DNA from: an uncultured Candidatus Rokubacteria bacterium
Lineage (GTDB): Bacteria > Methylomirabilota > Methylomirabilia > Rokubacteriales > DASRDR01
Length of the DNA: 64,000 bases
Assembly (NCBI GenBank): GCA_963708025.1
Contig: CAVPSB010000002.1
Coordinates: forward strand, 320,001 to 384,000
Reading direction: 5' to 3'
Below the pieces are notes generated by a model. That model was given only the letters and a program-made list of their open reading frames with translations. It had not been told where the DNA came from and searched no databases. Both the position numbers and the translations under genes were made by a program. Below, piece after piece: positions 1 to 11,080 of the stretch; positions within the stretch are counted from its first letter, which is position 1, and every line of letters begins with the position of its first letter.

Positions 1-41
1 TCGGGTAGCGGACCGGCGTGGATCAGCCACCACCCGGGACC

Positions 42-57
42 TGGCAAGACCGATGCA
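42..57 (+). promoter_or_regulatory. sigma-54 -24/-12 promoter
   Basis: TGGCAA-GACCG-ATGCA (GG-N10-GC), ~50 bp upstream of ATG 109. Confidence 0.6.
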
Positions 58-108
58 AAGCCGTCCATCTCGAGGGCGGCGCGCGGGCGCCCCCGGAGGA
101 GGACGCGT

Positions 109-306
109 ATGGCAGCAGCACCTCGCCAGCAGCCCCGGTCCCCGAAGGCCGGACGTCCGCCGCAGGAGAGCGCGGTTCCGGCCAGGGTCCGTCGCCGCCA
201 GAAGACGGCACGGGTCGCGGTGCGGAAGGACACGATGGTAAGCGAAGCTCCAGTGGGGCCGCGCATCCTCTGGGGGCGCACCCAGCCCAAGATCAAGAAG
301 GGGTAA
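109..306 (+). CDS. small basic hypothetical protein (65 aa)
   Basis: AGGAGG SD before ATG 109; sigma-54 motif upstream; no recognisable family. Confidence 0.55.
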   Translation: MAAAPRQQPRSPKAGRPPQESAVPARVRRRQKTARVAVRKDTMVSEAPVGPRILWGRTQPKIKKG

Positions 307-349
307 CGCGCTCCCGGCCGCTGTCGCGCTCGCCGTTCACCGGGCCTGG

Positions 350-386
350 TGCCCCATGCCCGCCCCAGTGGGGCGGAACTACCCCG
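350..386. promoter_or_regulatory. tandem TGGGGC-N6-GCCCCA-like boxes (putative activator site)
   Basis: TGCCCCATGCCCGCCCCA (350-367) and TGGGGCGGAACTACCCCG (369-386); degenerate. Confidence 0.45.
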
Positions 387-486
387 GCCGGCGACGCTCG
401 AGGGGACCTGGCCCGGTCGCTCCCAGAGGCCCGGCCGGTGGGCGACCCTGGCGGCGACGTGGGGCTTGACCGGGGGGAGATCCGTT

Positions 487-927
487 ATGAAGAACGTCAT
501 GGTAGCGGTGGATGGGTCGCCACCCGCCGCCAGGGCGGTGGCGTTGGGAGTCGATCTCGCCAGGCGGTACGGGGCGGCGCTGCACCTGGTGCACGTCGTC
601 ACCGAGGCGACCGTGCCCGAGGGATTCGAGGAGTTCGCACGGGTCGAGCGTGTTGACAACCCCGCCAGGGTCAGGATGGAGCGAGTGGGTGAGGCGGTTC
701 TCGGGGTCGCCCGAGCCGATGCGACGGCGAAGGGCGTCGAGGACGTGCGCACCCAGGCGGTGACCGGTGATCCGGCCGAGCGGCTGCTCGGCTATGCCCA
801 CGATCACGGGATCGAACTGATCGTCATGGGGCGCCGCGGCCTCGGGCCGATGCGGGGCCTGCTCATGGGCAGCGTGTCGGTGAAGGTGAGCAGCCTCGCC
901 GAGTGCCCCGTGGTCACCGTCAAGTGA
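487..927 (+). CDS. universal stress protein
   Basis: MKNVMVAVDGS...IVMGRRGLG...LMGSVS...CPVVTVK USP motifs; SD before ATG 487. Confidence 0.93.
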   Translation: MKNVMVAVDGSPPAARAVALGVDLARRYGAALHLVHVVTEATVPEGFEEFARVERVDNPARVRMERVGEAVLGVARADATAKGVEDVRTQAVTGDPAERLLGYAHDHGIELIVMGRRGLGPMRGLLMGSVSVKVSSLAECPVVTVK

Positions 928-943
928 TCGGCGAGGCCTTCGA

Positions 944-1873
944 GTGAACCGGCGGATGACCGTCGAGACCGTGATGTCCCGCGACCCCCTGACGATCCGG
1001 CCCGACGCGGCGCTCCGGGAGGCGTCGGAGGTCATGCGGAGCAGGGGGGTCCACCACCTGCCCGTGGTCGGGGAAGGCGGACGCCTCATCGGGATCATCA
1101 CGGACCGCGACCTGATGCATGCGGCCCTCCTGCCCGCTCTCGCCGACCAGATGCCCTGGGACGCGCGTCGCGTCAGGTTGCCGCGCGTCCGCGACGCGAT
1201 GACGTGGGCGGTCGTGACGACGCGACCCGACGCCACGCTCGTCGAGGCGGGCCTCGTGATGGTCGAGCGTCACATCGGGAGCTTGCCGGTTGTCGAGGGG
1301 GACCGGCTGGTGGGCATCCTGACCGAGCACGACGTGCTCGAGGCCCTGAGAACGGACATCAGCCCCGACTCGGGGGCTCCAGCTGGTGAGACGCCCCTTG
1401 CATCAGATGACCTGGAGACTGATCGGCGGGCCCGGAGGCCGAGGAGTACCGGCGTGATCGCTCGTGACGTGATGACCCCGAACCCCGTGACCGTGACCCC
1501 GCAAGCCAGCGTCGCGGAGGTCTGGGATCTCATGCGCGAGTTCGACATCCGACACGTCCCGGTCCTGCAAGACGGCGCGCTCGTCGGCATGATGAGCGAT
1601 CGTGACGTGGCCTATCTGGACGTGGCCCGTTTCCTGGCCATCGAGGGGGCCGATGCCCTCCAGCGCCAGCTGGCCACGCCCGTCATCAACGTCATGAGCT
1701 CGGACGTCGTCTTCGTCGAGCCGGAAACGGCGCTGAGCGACGTGATCGGGCTCATGCTGGAGCACCGGATCGGCGCGGTTCCCGTGGTCACACCGGGGAG
1801 CCGCCAGGTCGAGGGCATCGTGAGTTACGTCGACGTGCTGGGGGCCGTCCAAGATCTCCTCGAGGATGAGTGA
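944..1873 (+). CDS. CBS domain protein (two CBS pairs)
   Basis: [47 protein letters not shown]. Confidence 0.9.
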   Translation: MNRRMTVETVMSRDPLTIRPDAALREASEVMRSRGVHHLPVVGEGGRLIGIITDRDLMHAALLPALADQMPWDARRVRLPRVRDAMTWAVVTTRPDATLVEAGLVMVERHIGSLPVVEGDRLVGILTEHDVLEALRTDISPDSGAPAGETPLASDDLETDRRARRPRSTGVIARDVMTPNPVTVTPQASVAEVWDLMREFDIRHVPVLQDGALVGMMSDRDVAYLDVARFLAIEGADALQRQLATPVINVMSSDVVFVEPETALSDVIGLMLEHRIGAVPVVTPGSRQVEGIVSYVDVLGAVQDLLEDE

Positions 1874-1896
1874 GCCGTCCCACAAGGAGGACCGTC

Positions 1897-3519
1897 ATGC
1901 CATACAAGCAGGTGCTGTTCCGGTCGGAAGCGCGCGAGCGGGTGCTTCGCGGCGTGAGCGCGCTGGCCGATGCCGTGCGGGTGACGCTGGGGCCGAAGTC
2001 CAAGTGCGTCCTCATCGAGAAGAAGTTCGGCCCGCCGGTGGTGTGCAACGACGGGGTCACGATCGCCAAGGAGATGGAGATGAAGGACCCCGTCGAGAAC
2101 CTCGGTGCCCAGATGATCCGCCAGGCGGCCGAGCGGACCGGGGACGCGGTCGGCGACGGCACCAGCACCGCGACGCTGCTCGCCCACGCCATCTTCGCCG
2201 ACGGCGTGCGGAACGTGGTGGCGGGGGCCAGCGCCGTCGACCTGAAGCGGGGGCTCGACCGGGGCCTCTCGGTCACCGTCGCGAGCCTGCGCGAGCTGTC
2301 CCGGCCGGTGAAGAGCCGGCTGGAGAAGGCGCAGGTCGCGACCATCTCCGGCCACAACGACCCGGCCATCGGCGAGCTGGTGGCCGAGGCCATGGAGAAG
2401 GTCGGCGACGAGGGCGTCATCTCGCTGGAAGAGTCGAAGACGACCGAGACCCAGCTGGAGGTCGTCGAGGGGCTCCAGTTCGACCGCGGGTACCTCTCGC
2501 CCTACTTCATCACGGATCCGGAGAAGATGGAGGCGGTGCTCGAGGATCCGCTCATCCTCCTCACCGACAAGAAGCTCGCCGTGATGAAGGACCTGCTCCC
2601 GGTCCTGGAGCGGGTCGCGCAGGCCGGCACCGCCGTCCTGATCATCGCCGACGACGTGGAGGGGGAGGCGCTGGCGACGGTCGTCGTGAACAAGATCCGG
2701 GGCGCGCTCAAGTGCGTGGCCGTCAAGGCCCCCGGCTTCGGCGATCGCCGCAAGGAGATGCTGGCGGACATGGCCATCCTCACCGGTGGGCAGGTGGTCG
2801 CGGAGGAGCTGGGGATCAAGTTCGAGAGCCTGGAGCTGCGGGAGCTGGGGCGGGCCCAGCGCGTCGTCGTGGACAAGGACACCACCACGATCATCGGCGG
2901 GGCCGGCGACAAGAAGGCCATCGAGGGGCGGAAGGTGCAGCTGCGCCAGCAGATCGAGAAGGCCACCAGCGAGTACGACAAGGAGAAGCTCCAGGAGCGG
3001 CTGGCCAAGCTCTCGGGCGGAGTGGCCGTGATCCGGGTAGGGGCGCCCTCGGAGGCGGAGATGAAAAGCAAGAAGGAGGCCCTCGAGGACGCCATTAGCG
3101 CCACCAAGGCCGCGGTGGCCGAGGGGATCGTCCCGGGTGGCGGGCTGGCGCTGCTCCGGGCGACGGCGGCCCTGGAGCGCGAGGAAGGGAAGTGCGAGGG
3201 CGACGAGCGGACCGGGCTCGCGATCCTGCGGCGCGCGCTCGAGATGCCCACCCGCCAGATCGCCGAGAACTCCGCGGTGGACGGCGGCGTGGTGGTCAAC
3301 CAGATGCGGGCCGGCACCGGCAACGTGGGCTTCGATGCCGCGCGGAAGCAGTACGTGGACCTGGTCGAGGCGGGCATCGTCGATCCGACCAAGGTCGTGC
3401 GGATCGCGCTCGAGAACGCGGTGTCGGTGGCGAGCGTGCTCCTCTTGACCGAGGCCACGCTCACCGAGGTCCCGGAGAAGAAGGGGGAGGAGCGGATGCC
3501 GTCGCTCGAGGGAGCCTGA
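1897..3519 (+). CDS. groEL: chaperonin GroEL paralog (no adjacent groES, no GGM tail)
   Basis: [49 protein letters not shown]. Confidence 0.96.
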   Translation: MPYKQVLFRSEARERVLRGVSALADAVRVTLGPKSKCVLIEKKFGPPVVCNDGVTIAKEMEMKDPVENLGAQMIRQAAERTGDAVGDGTSTATLLAHAIFADGVRNVVAGASAVDLKRGLDRGLSVTVASLRELSRPVKSRLEKAQVATISGHNDPAIGELVAEAMEKVGDEGVISLEESKTTETQLEVVEGLQFDRGYLSPYFITDPEKMEAVLEDPLILLTDKKLAVMKDLLPVLERVAQAGTAVLIIADDVEGEALATVVVNKIRGALKCVAVKAPGFGDRRKEMLADMAILTGGQVVAEELGIKFESLELRELGRAQRVVVDKDTTTIIGGAGDKKAIEGRKVQLRQQIEKATSEYDKEKLQERLAKLSGGVAVIRVGAPSEAEMKSKKEALEDAISATKAAVAEGIVPGGGLALLRATAALEREEGKCEGDERTGLAILRRALEMPTRQIAENSAVDGGVVVNQMRAGTGNVGFDAARKQYVDLVEAGIVDPTKVVRIALENAVSVASVLLLTEATLTEVPEKKGEERMPSLEGA

Positions 3520-3538
3520 TCCGGGCGAGGGCGGGAAC

Positions 3539-3823
3539 TATCCGGACATCTGGCCGGACATCTGGCGCCACATCCGCGACCTCGCCGCGCTCGCGGAGCA
3601 CCCGTTCCGCTTCTACGAGCGCTGCGGATACGTGGTCTACGGCCTCCTGCCCGACGCCAGCGGCTGGGGGAAGTCGGGCATCCTGATGGCGAAGCGCCTG
3701 GGCTCCGCGCCCTGGCGCGCGGTCAGGCGCCGCGCTGCCTCGTGGCCGCCCGCCGTCGGGAGCGAGCGGGACGACGGCTGCGGCGGCCGCGGGTGGCGCT
3801 CCGCGTCCCGCTTCGCACGCTGA
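3539..3823 (+). pseudogene. C-terminal remnant of AAC(6')-Ia-like GNAT acetyltransferase
   Basis: Frame reads YPDIW..HPFRFYERCGYVVYGLLPDASGWGKSGILMAKRL; no N-terminal half. Confidence 0.6.
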
Positions 3824-4250
3824 GGACCGGGCAGGTGGCGGTCGCGATGACCCGGCTGGCCACGCTCCCCAGAAAGAGCCGCGCCAGCCCGGTCCGCCCG
3901 TGGGTGCCGATGACGAGCACGTCGGCGCGAGCCGAGCGAGCGGCCCGGGCGATCCGATCGTGGGGGATGCCTTCCAGGATGAGGCCGCGCGCCCGGACCC
4001 CGCCGGCCTTCGCCCGCGCCACCAGCCGATCGAGCTGCTTCTTCGCCGCGGCCCGCATGTCGGCCAGCAGGCGGTCGTAGGTCTGGGGCCAGGCGTAGCC
4101 ATCCGGCGTGTAGACAACCGGCGGCGTCAGCACGTGCAGCGCGATCAGCTGCGCGCGGTTGGCCCGCGCGAGCTCGAGGGCCCGGGCGAACGCCGGCCGG
4201 GACGCCGGCGAGAAGTCCGTGGCGTGCAGGATGCGTCGGATCGCGGCCAT
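3723..4250 (-). CDS. universal stress protein
   Basis: RILHATDFS...LVIGTHGRTG...LGSVA...CPVLSV. Confidence 0.93.
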   Translation of the reverse strand: MAAIRRILHATDFSPASRPAFARALELARANRAQLIALHVLTPPVVYTPDGYAWPQTYDRLLADMRAAAKKQLDRLVARAKAGGVRARGLILEGIPHDRIARAARSARADVLVIGTHGRTGLARLFLGSVASRVIATATCPVLSVRSGTRSATRGRRSRRPARSRRRAATRQRGA

Positions 4251-4504
4251 CAGGGCCTCCTCGCCGCCGCTTCCGCCAGGTACTCGACGCAGCCGTCCAG
4301 CGTCGCGAGCTTCGGGTAGTCGACCTCCGGCACGTCGACGCCGAGCGCCTGGTGGAGGGCGATCATGAAATTGAGGAAATCCATCGAGTCCAGATCGAGC
4401 TGGTCGCGGAAGCTCACGTCCGGCTCGACACGCGCGGGGTCGGCCTCCGGGGCGACCTCCCCCAGGCAATGCAGCACGGTGGCCCGGAGCTCGTCCCGGG
4501 TCAC
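4250..4504 (-). CDS. acyl carrier protein
   Basis: GTG start overlapping E2 stop; [11 protein letters not shown] phosphopantetheine Ser motif. Confidence 0.88.
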   Translation of the reverse strand: MTRDELRATVLHCLGEVAPEADPARVEPDVSFRDQLDLDSMDFLNFMIALHQALGVDVPEVDYPKLATLDGCVEYLAEAAARRP

Positions 4505-5650
4505 AGGCGGGCCGGCTCCTGGAGGAGCCGCTCCACGGCGGCCAGGAAGCGACCGCCCCGGTGCCCGTCGGTCACGCGGTGGTCGGCCGACAGCGAGGCC
4601 GTGACCACGGGACGCGACGCGATCTGCCCGGCCACGGACCAGGGACGCTCCACCACCCGCCCGAATCCGACGATCGCGACCTGCGGCGGGTAGATGATCC
4701 CGAAGACCGTATCGACGCCCTGCTCGCCGAGGTTCGTCACGGTGATCGTGGGATCGGAGAGCTCGGAGCTGCGGAGGCCGCCGGCGCGGGCCCGCCGGAC
4801 CAGGTCCCGGAGCCGGCGCATGAGCTCGTCGAGGCGGAGGCCGTCGGCGTCGTGGAGGGCGGGTGCCACCAGCCCGCCCTCGCGGAGCGCGATCGCGACA
4901 CCGAGGTGGATCGCCGGGCTCGGGACCACGCGGTCGCCCATCCAGACGGCGTTCAGCTCGGGCACCTCCCGGAGCGCCAGCGCGACGGCCTTGAGCAGCA
5001 GCGCGGCGCACAGCAGGCGCTCCGGCACCGGGCGCCGGAGGTTCTCGTCGGCGAGCCAGGCCAGGGCGGCGTGCATGTCGATGGAGCTCGCGAGGTAGTA
5101 GTGCGGGATCTCGCGCTTGGCGCGCGTCATCGCGGCGGCGATGGTCTGGCGGAGCTGAGCCGGGCGGTCCGGGACCGACGGTTGCGCGGTGGCGGCCGCT
5201 CGCTCGACGTCCTCCCGGGTGATCGCGCCGTCCGGGCCCGTGCCCCGCAGCGCGGCGGGGTCGATGCCGAGGCGGGCCGCCAGGGCCCGCGCCGCCGGGG
5301 AGATCCGGAGGCGCGTCCCGACCCGGCGCCGGGGGCGCGATCGGGCCCGGGGCGGCGACACCGGGAACGACGGCGAGCGGCGGGACGGTCGGGGGCGCCG
5401 CGGCGGCGGGCGGTCCCTCCTCCAGGATCATCGCGAGGACCGTGCCCACGGGCACGGTCCGGCCGGGCTCGACCAGGATCCGCTCGAGCACGCCCGTCAC
5501 GAAGATCTCGACCTCGATCAGCCCCTTCTCGGTCTCGACCTCCGCGACGATCTCGCCCCGTCGGACCCGATCTCCCGGCCGCTTGCGCCAGGCCACGAGC
5601 GTGCCGGCCTGCATGTCGGCGCCCAGGATCGGCATCACGAACTCAGCCAC
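4501..5650 (-). CDS. pdhC: dihydrolipoamide acetyltransferase E2 (one frameshift near 5325)
   Basis: Lipoyl domain VETEKG in one frame; [15 protein letters not shown] and DHRVTDG in another. Confidence 0.88.
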
Positions 5651-6623
5651 GGCGCCTCATCAGGTCCCGTACGGCGGCGGCGATCGCCGCCGCCCGGGGG
5701 AGAGCGGCCTCCTCCATGTGCTTGGCGTACGGCATCGGGACCTCCGCGCTGCAGACCCGGGCGACCGGCGCGTCGAGGTCGTAGAAGCCGCCTTCCATGA
5801 TGCGGGCCGAGATCTCGGCTGCCAGGCTGCCGGTTCGCCAGCCCTCGTCCACCACCACGGCGCGATGGGTCTTCGCCACCGAGCCGAGGATGGTGTCCGT
5901 GTCGATCGGGCGGAGCGCCCGCAGGTCGATCACCTCGGCCGCGATCCCCTCGGTGGCCAGTCCGTCGGCGGCCTCCAGGCACTTGCGCAGGGAGCCGCCG
6001 TAGGTCACCAGCGTCACGGCGTCGCCGGGCCGCCGGACCGCCGCCCGGCGGAGATCCCCGGGCGGCGCCGTCTCGTCGAGCTCCCCCTCCGTCGGGTAGA
6101 GCGTGGCGTGCTCGAAGAGGAACACGGGATCCGGCTCCTGGAGCGCTCCCAGCAGCATGCCGTAGGCGTCGCCGACCGTCGCCGGGGCGAGCACCGTGAT
6201 GCCGGGAATGTGGGCGTACCAGCCCTCGAGGCTGTGAGAGTGCTGGGCGGCGAGCTGGCGGCCGCCGCCGGTCGCCATGCGGACCACGAGCGGGACGCTG
6301 AGCTGCCCGCCGGACATGTGGCGGAGCGTGGCCGCGTTGTTCACGACCTGGTCCAGCGCCAGCAGGCTGAAGTTGACGGTCATCACCTCGACGATGGGGC
6401 GGAGGCCGCCGAGCGCCGCGCCGATGCCGGCCCCCACGAACGCCGACTCCGAGAGCGGGGTGTCCCGGATCCGGTCGGGCCCGAACTCCTCGAGAAGGCC
6501 GTGGGTCACCGCGAACGCCCCGCCGTAGCGCCCGACGTCCTCGCCCATCACGAACACGCGCGGGTCGCGCCGCAGGGCCTCGCGGTGGGCGGCTCGGAGC
6601 GCCTCCCGGTACGTCGTCTTCAT
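5643..6623 (-). CDS. pdhB: pyruvate dehydrogenase E1 beta subunit
   Basis: [27 protein letters not shown] motifs. Confidence 0.93.
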   Translation of the reverse strand: MKTTYREALRAAHREALRRDPRVFVMGEDVGRYGGAFAVTHGLLEEFGPDRIRDTPLSESAFVGAGIGAALGGLRPIVEVMTVNFSLLALDQVVNNAATLRHMSGGQLSVPLVVRMATGGGRQLAAQHSHSLEGWYAHIPGITVLAPATVGDAYGMLLGALQEPDPVFLFEHATLYPTEGELDETAPPGDLRRAAVRRPGDAVTLVTYGGSLRKCLEAADGLATEGIAAEVIDLRALRPIDTDTILGSVAKTHRAVVVDEGWRTGSLAAEISARIMEGGFYDLDAPVARVCSAEVPMPYAKHMEEAALPRAAAIAAAVRDLMRRRG

Positions 6624-7621
6624 CGCGCCGCCGGCTCCGTGTGGACGTCCCGGAGCAGGTCCTCGACCGGCTCCCAAGGTCCGGCCTCGGCGATCGCCAC
6701 CGCCCCCTCGATCTCGGCCGCGACCGCGCTCTCCAGCGCCGCGAGGTCGCTGTCCGCGAGGAGGCCCCCGGCGCGGAGCCGGGCCTCGAACGTGGCGATG
6801 GGATCCCGGGCCTTCCACTGCTCGACCTCGTCCTTGCCTCGGTACAGTTCGGGGTCCGCCATCGAGTGGGCGCGGAAGCGGTAGGTCCGGGCCTCGAGCA
6901 AGCAGGGGCCGTTCCCCGCCCGCACGAACTCCGCGGCCCGGCGGGCCGCCGTCTCGACCGCCCAGACGTCCATGCCCTCGACGGCTTCGGCGGGCATCCC
7001 GTACGACTCGGCCTTCCGGCACAGGTCCGGCTGGGCCTGGTGGCGGGCGAGGGCGGTCCCCATCGCGTAGAGGTTGTTCTCGCAGAGGAAGAGCACGGGC
7101 AGCCGCCACAGGGCCGCCAGGTTCAGGGACTCGTGGAACTCGCCCTCGGCCACGGCCCCGTCCCCGAAGAAGCAGGCGGTCACGCGCCGGCGCGCGAGGA
7201 GGGTGTCGGCGAGCGCCAGGCCGACCGCGATGGGGAGGCCCCCGCCCACGATGGCGTAGCCGCCGTAGAAGCGACGGCTCACGTCGAAGAAGTGCATGGA
7301 GCCGCCGCGGCCGCGGCTGCAGCCGTTGGCCTTGCCGTACATCTCCGCCATCAGGCTACCGGCCGGGAGGCCGCGGGCGAGGGCCTGCCCGTGCTCCCGG
7401 TAGGTGGCCACCACCGCGTCCTCCTCGGTGAGCGCCTGCATCGCGCCGACGGCCACCGCCTCCTCCCCGATGTAGAGGTGCAGGAAGCCCCGGATCTTTC
7501 CCAGGCTGTACAGCTCGGCGGCTTTCTCCTCGAACCGGCGGATGCGGAGCATCTGCCGCAGGAGGTCCAGCCCGTGGTCACGGATCGGAGGCGTGGACCC
7601 GGTGGTGCTGGTGGCGGCCAT
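6620..7621 (-). CDS. pdhA: pyruvate dehydrogenase E1 alpha subunit
   Basis: [23 protein letters not shown] ThDP motif, HSMAD. Confidence 0.94.
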   Translation of the reverse strand: MAATSTTGSTPPIRDHGLDLLRQMLRIRRFEEKAAELYSLGKIRGFLHLYIGEEAVAVGAMQALTEEDAVVATYREHGQALARGLPAGSLMAEMYGKANGCSRGRGGSMHFFDVSRRFYGGYAIVGGGLPIAVGLALADTLLARRRVTACFFGDGAVAEGEFHESLNLAALWRLPVLFLCENNLYAMGTALARHQAQPDLCRKAESYGMPAEAVEGMDVWAVETAARRAAEFVRAGNGPCLLEARTYRFRAHSMADPELYRGKDEVEQWKARDPIATFEARLRAGGLLADSDLAALESAVAAEIEGAVAIAEAGPWEPVEDLLRDVHTEPAAR

Positions 7622-9399
7622 CACGCCTCCTTCCCGCCGTCCTCGAGTGTCGAGGTGTCGCCCTCCGGCAGCCCCAGCTCGCGCGCCTTCAGGAGCCGGC
7701 GCATGATCTTCCCGCTCCGCGTCCGGGGCAGGCCGGGCTGGAAGTCGAGCTCTTTCGGGGCGACGACCGCGCCGAGCCGCGTGCGCGCGAAGGCGAGCAG
7801 CTCCCGCCTGAGCGCCGGGGTCGGCTCGTGGCCGGCCTTCAGGGAGACGAACGCCTTGACCACCTCCAGGGCGACCGGGTCGGGCTTGCCGATGACGCCC
7901 GCCTCGGCGACCGCCGGGTGCTGCAGGAGGACGCTCTCGACCTCGAACGGGCCGACCAGGTGGCCCGAGGTCTTGATCACGTCGTCGGCCCGGCCGACGA
8001 ACCAGAAGTACCCGTCGGGATCCCGGCGGGCGAGGTCCCCGGTGAGGTACCAGCCGCCCGCGAAGCACTTGCGGTAGCGCTCGGGCTCGCCCCAGTAGGC
8101 GCGGAACATCGACGGCCAGCCCGGGCGCAGGGCCAGCTCGCCCTGGACGTCCGGGGAGTCGACGATCTCGATGCCGTCGCCGGCCTTGCGGACGATGGCC
8201 GCCTCCACACCCGGGAGCGGCCGGCCCATCGAGCCCGGGCGGATCTCCATCGCGGCGAAGTTCGCGATCATGATGCCGCCGGTCTCGGTTTGCCACCAGT
8301 TGTCGTGGAACGGGAGGCCGAGGGCGTCCCGGCCCCACACGACGGCCTCGGGGTTCAGCGGCTCGCCCACGCTCGACAGGAACCGGAGGGCTCCGAGGTC
8401 GTGCTTGCGGGGCAGCTCGGCGCCGACCTTCATGAGCATCCGGACGGCCGTGGGCGCCGTGTACCAGACCGTCACGCGCTGATCCTGCAGGGTCCGGTAC
8501 CAGCGCTCGGCGTCGAAGTCGGCTTCGTCCACGATGCTGGTCACGCCGTTCGTCAGGGGAGCGATGATGCCGTACGAGGTCCCGGTGACCCAGCCGGGGT
8601 CCGCCGTGCACCAGAACACGTCGTCCGGGTGGAGGTCGAGGGCGAGCCGGCCGGTGACGTGGTGGGCGACGACGGCCTCGTGGACGTGGACGGCGCCCTT
8701 CGGGGTGCCCGTCGTCCCGCTGGTGAAGTGGAGGAGGGCCAGGTCTCCGGGGTCGGTCGGCGCGATCTCGAACCGGTCACGGGCCTGGGCCAGGAGCGCG
8801 TGAAAGTCGAGCGTGCCGGGGGCGGCACCCGTCCGGCCGGGATCGCCGACCACGAGGACGTGCTCCAGCCGGGGCAGGGCGGCGCGCAGGCCGGCGACCT
8901 TCCGCTCGTACAGCGCCGCCGTGGTCACCAGGACGCGGGCCTCGCCGATCGCCAGCCGGGCGCGGATCGGCTCGGGGCCGAACGCGGAGAACAGCGGGCA
9001 GAAGGCGCTGCCGTGCTTGAGCGTCCCGAGCGCGGCGACGTAGAGCTCCGGGATCCGCCCGGCGAGCGCGTAGACCCGGTCGCCCTTTCCCACGCCGAGG
9101 CCCGAGAGGACGTTGGCGAAGCGATTGGTGAGGGCGTAGAGGTCCCGGTACGTGTAATCCTGCACCGCGCCGCTCTTGCCGAGCCACCGGAGGGCCAGGT
9201 GCCCGGCCCGGGGCCCGGCCGCGTGGCGGTCCACGGCCTCGTGGGCGATGTTCAGGCCTCGCCCGCCCGGCAGGCCGCTCAGCTCCCGGCGAGCCTCCGC
9301 CCAGGAGAAGCCCGCACGGGCCGCCTCGTAGTCGACCAGGGTGGGGGTGACCCGCCAGTCTCGGGGCGGCTTGGCGATGCGCGGATACGATTCGCGCAT
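7621..9399 (-). CDS. acsA: acetate--CoA ligase (AcsA type)
   Basis: [37 protein letters not shown]. Confidence 0.92.
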   Translation of the reverse strand: MRESYPRIAKPPRDWRVTPTLVDYEAARAGFSWAEARRELSGLPGGRGLNIAHEAVDRHAAGPRAGHLALRWLGKSGAVQDYTYRDLYALTNRFANVLSGLGVGKGDRVYALAGRIPELYVAALGTLKHGSAFCPLFSAFGPEPIRARLAIGEARVLVTTAALYERKVAGLRAALPRLEHVLVVGDPGRTGAAPGTLDFHALLAQARDRFEIAPTDPGDLALLHFTSGTTGTPKGAVHVHEAVVAHHVTGRLALDLHPDDVFWCTADPGWVTGTSYGIIAPLTNGVTSIVDEADFDAERWYRTLQDQRVTVWYTAPTAVRMLMKVGAELPRKHDLGALRFLSSVGEPLNPEAVVWGRDALGLPFHDNWWQTETGGIMIANFAAMEIRPGSMGRPLPGVEAAIVRKAGDGIEIVDSPDVQGELALRPGWPSMFRAYWGEPERYRKCFAGGWYLTGDLARRDPDGYFWFVGRADDVIKTSGHLVGPFEVESVLLQHPAVAEAGVIGKPDPVALEVVKAFVSLKAGHEPTPALRRELLAFARTRLGAVVAPKELDFQPGLPRTRSGKIMRRLLKARELGLPEGDTSTLEDGGKEA

Positions 9400-9418
9400 G
9401 CGGGTCGGAGGTGCCCGC

Positions 9419-10564
9419 TCAGAGCGGGTAGCGGAGGCGGGCGGCGAGGCCGCCGACCTCCCGGAGACCCTCGTGACCCTCGACGACGTCCACCTCGCCG
9501 CCGGCGGCCAGCACCCGGTCCACCAGCGCGTCGCTCAGCTCCACCGCTCGGGTCTCGCCACGGCAGAGCCGGCAGCGCTCGGTCGCCCCGCGCTGGATCG
9601 TCCCGCACGCCGCGCAGCGGCGCGCCGGCTCCCCGAACCCCCGGAGCACGTAGAGACGGTGGACGGCTCCGCGCAGCCCGGCTTCGAGCGTGGCCTCGGG
9701 CCCGGCCACCGCGCGCCCGCCCTTGGCGGCCTCCGTGAGGACGGCGTCCACCGCCGCCCGCGTCGCCTCGGCGTGGATCCGGGCGAGTAGCTCGGTGGCT
9801 CGGCCGGCCAGCGCGCTGGCGGGCTCGTATCGCGCGGCCGAGACGCCGCCGATGACCCGTTCGGCGAGCGACGTCGGCAGATGGGACCGGAGCGTGGCGG
9901 CGAGGCGCTCGTCGCCGGCCAGGACGATCTGCCGGACGCCACCCTCCTCGGCGAGGCGTGCGAGCGCGTGCGCCACCGCCTGGAGATGCTGATCGCGATG
10001 GACTTGGGTGTGCCGCTGGTATCGCGACTGGGCAAGCTGCGCCCAGCCGCCACGGCTGTGATGCCCCGGCACCTCGCTCCGGAGATCGACTTCCTCGCCC
10101 AGGCCGCCGGGAACGAGCGGGATCAGCCGCGCGTGGTCGGCGTCGACGAAGACGACCAGGGCCGGAGGCGCCTCCTCGAGGAGGGCCGCCAGGGGCGTGA
10201 GGTGCGCTGTCCCGTCCACCACGAAGGCGTTCTCCACCGGGATCCGGACGGGCAGCGTCTCCCGGAGGCCGAGGGCGTGGCACGCGAAGAGCGCGACCCC
10301 GACGGCCTCCGGGAGGATCCGCTGGTTGACCAGGGCGGCGCCTTGCGCCTCGATCCAGCCGAGGTCACTCGCCAGGCCCGGATCGGTCGCGGCGCTCCGC
10401 GCCTTCCGGAGCTCGTTCGCCAGGAAGAGGCGGACCCGGTCGCGCTGGTGCTCGTCCGCCCACCGGGTGCTCAGGTACACGCTCACCACCGGGCTGGCCG
10501 GCCCGGAGATCCTGGCCAGCCGGCGGAGTCGCGTCGCCACGTCAATCGTTGCGTCGTTGGTCAT
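9419..10564 (-). CDS. bacterial archaeo-eukaryotic release factor (eRF1-like) with CxxC zinc ribbon
   Basis: PVVSVYL N-term, [14 protein letters not shown] loop, CAAC..CRLC, C-term GGLAARLRY. Confidence 0.85.
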   Translation of the reverse strand: MTNDATIDVATRLRRLARISGPASPVVSVYLSTRWADEHQRDRVRLFLANELRKARSAATDPGLASDLGWIEAQGAALVNQRILPEAVGVALFACHALGLRETLPVRIPVENAFVVDGTAHLTPLAALLEEAPPALVVFVDADHARLIPLVPGGLGEEVDLRSEVPGHHSRGGWAQLAQSRYQRHTQVHRDQHLQAVAHALARLAEEGGVRQIVLAGDERLAATLRSHLPTSLAERVIGGVSAARYEPASALAGRATELLARIHAEATRAAVDAVLTEAAKGGRAVAGPEATLEAGLRGAVHRLYVLRGFGEPARRCAACGTIQRGATERCRLCRGETRAVELSDALVDRVLAAGGEVDVVEGHEGLREVGGLAARLRYPL

Positions 10565-10618
10565 GCTCTCCCTCGCGCGGTCGTCCCGCAGCTCTCGGTA
10601 GACTGCCCGTCCCTCACT

Positions 10619-10634
10619 CGCAAGGGACGTGCCC
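10619..10634 (-). promoter_or_regulatory. sigma-54 promoter of eRF1-acsA-pdh operon
   Basis: GGGCAC-GTCCC-TTGCG on minus strand. Confidence 0.7.
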
Positions 10635-10751
10635 ACCCGCATCGGCTGAGATGGCAGGAAGGAATCCGTCCTCAGGCAGTCCCCTCCCCCCGGTGGGTGT
10701 GGCTAGCGGGAGATCCCGAGCCGGGGGGAACGTCGTCTGGCGGCGCCCGGG

Positions 10752-10789
10752 TGGCGCGTTGCCGCCCCAGGTGAGGCGGCCGCGCCCCA
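10752..10789. promoter_or_regulatory. tandem putative activator boxes
   Basis: TGGCGCGTTGCCGCCCCA and TGAGGCGGCCGCGCCCCA, 20-bp period. Confidence 0.6.
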
Positions 10790-10919
10790 TCGAGCCCGAG
10801 CCGTGGCTCCTCCCGCCGCTCGCCCGGGGCTGCGTGGCAGCCGGCTCGCCCCGGAGGGGCACAGCCTCAGGGGACCCATCCCCATGGTGGATCCTGATGA
10901 GGCCTGTGCGGTGCCAACG

Positions 10920-11080
10920 GCTCCCATTCCACCGCCCATCGGCGGTCGCAACCCTCCGGCTCCGGCCACGCGGTCGGGGCGTTCCGCTTCGAGCCGCGGC
11001 CCAAAAGGCCGAAGGCCGTCCCACAGTCGCGGCCTCCGAGGGGGGGCCTCGGGGGGTCTTCCGAGACCCCCCCGAAGTTC
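10920..11080 (-). repeat. intergenic repeat family B copy
   Basis: Matches 20207-20365; begins just after stop of DksA-like gene. Confidence 0.8.

Noticed and set aside
3632-3823. 63-aa ORF as an independent gene or functional resistance gene
   Set aside because: No SD; it is the tail of a truncated GNAT
5300-5345. Programmed frameshifting in pdhC (also SBP, DppB-like permease, antitoxin)
   Set aside because: No slippery sequence seen; similar single indels throughout the window point to sequencing error
4250-5650. Lipoyl domain-ACP fusion (466-aa ORF)
   Set aside because: Artefact of the pdhC frameshift; the ACP has its own GTG start overlapping the E2 stop
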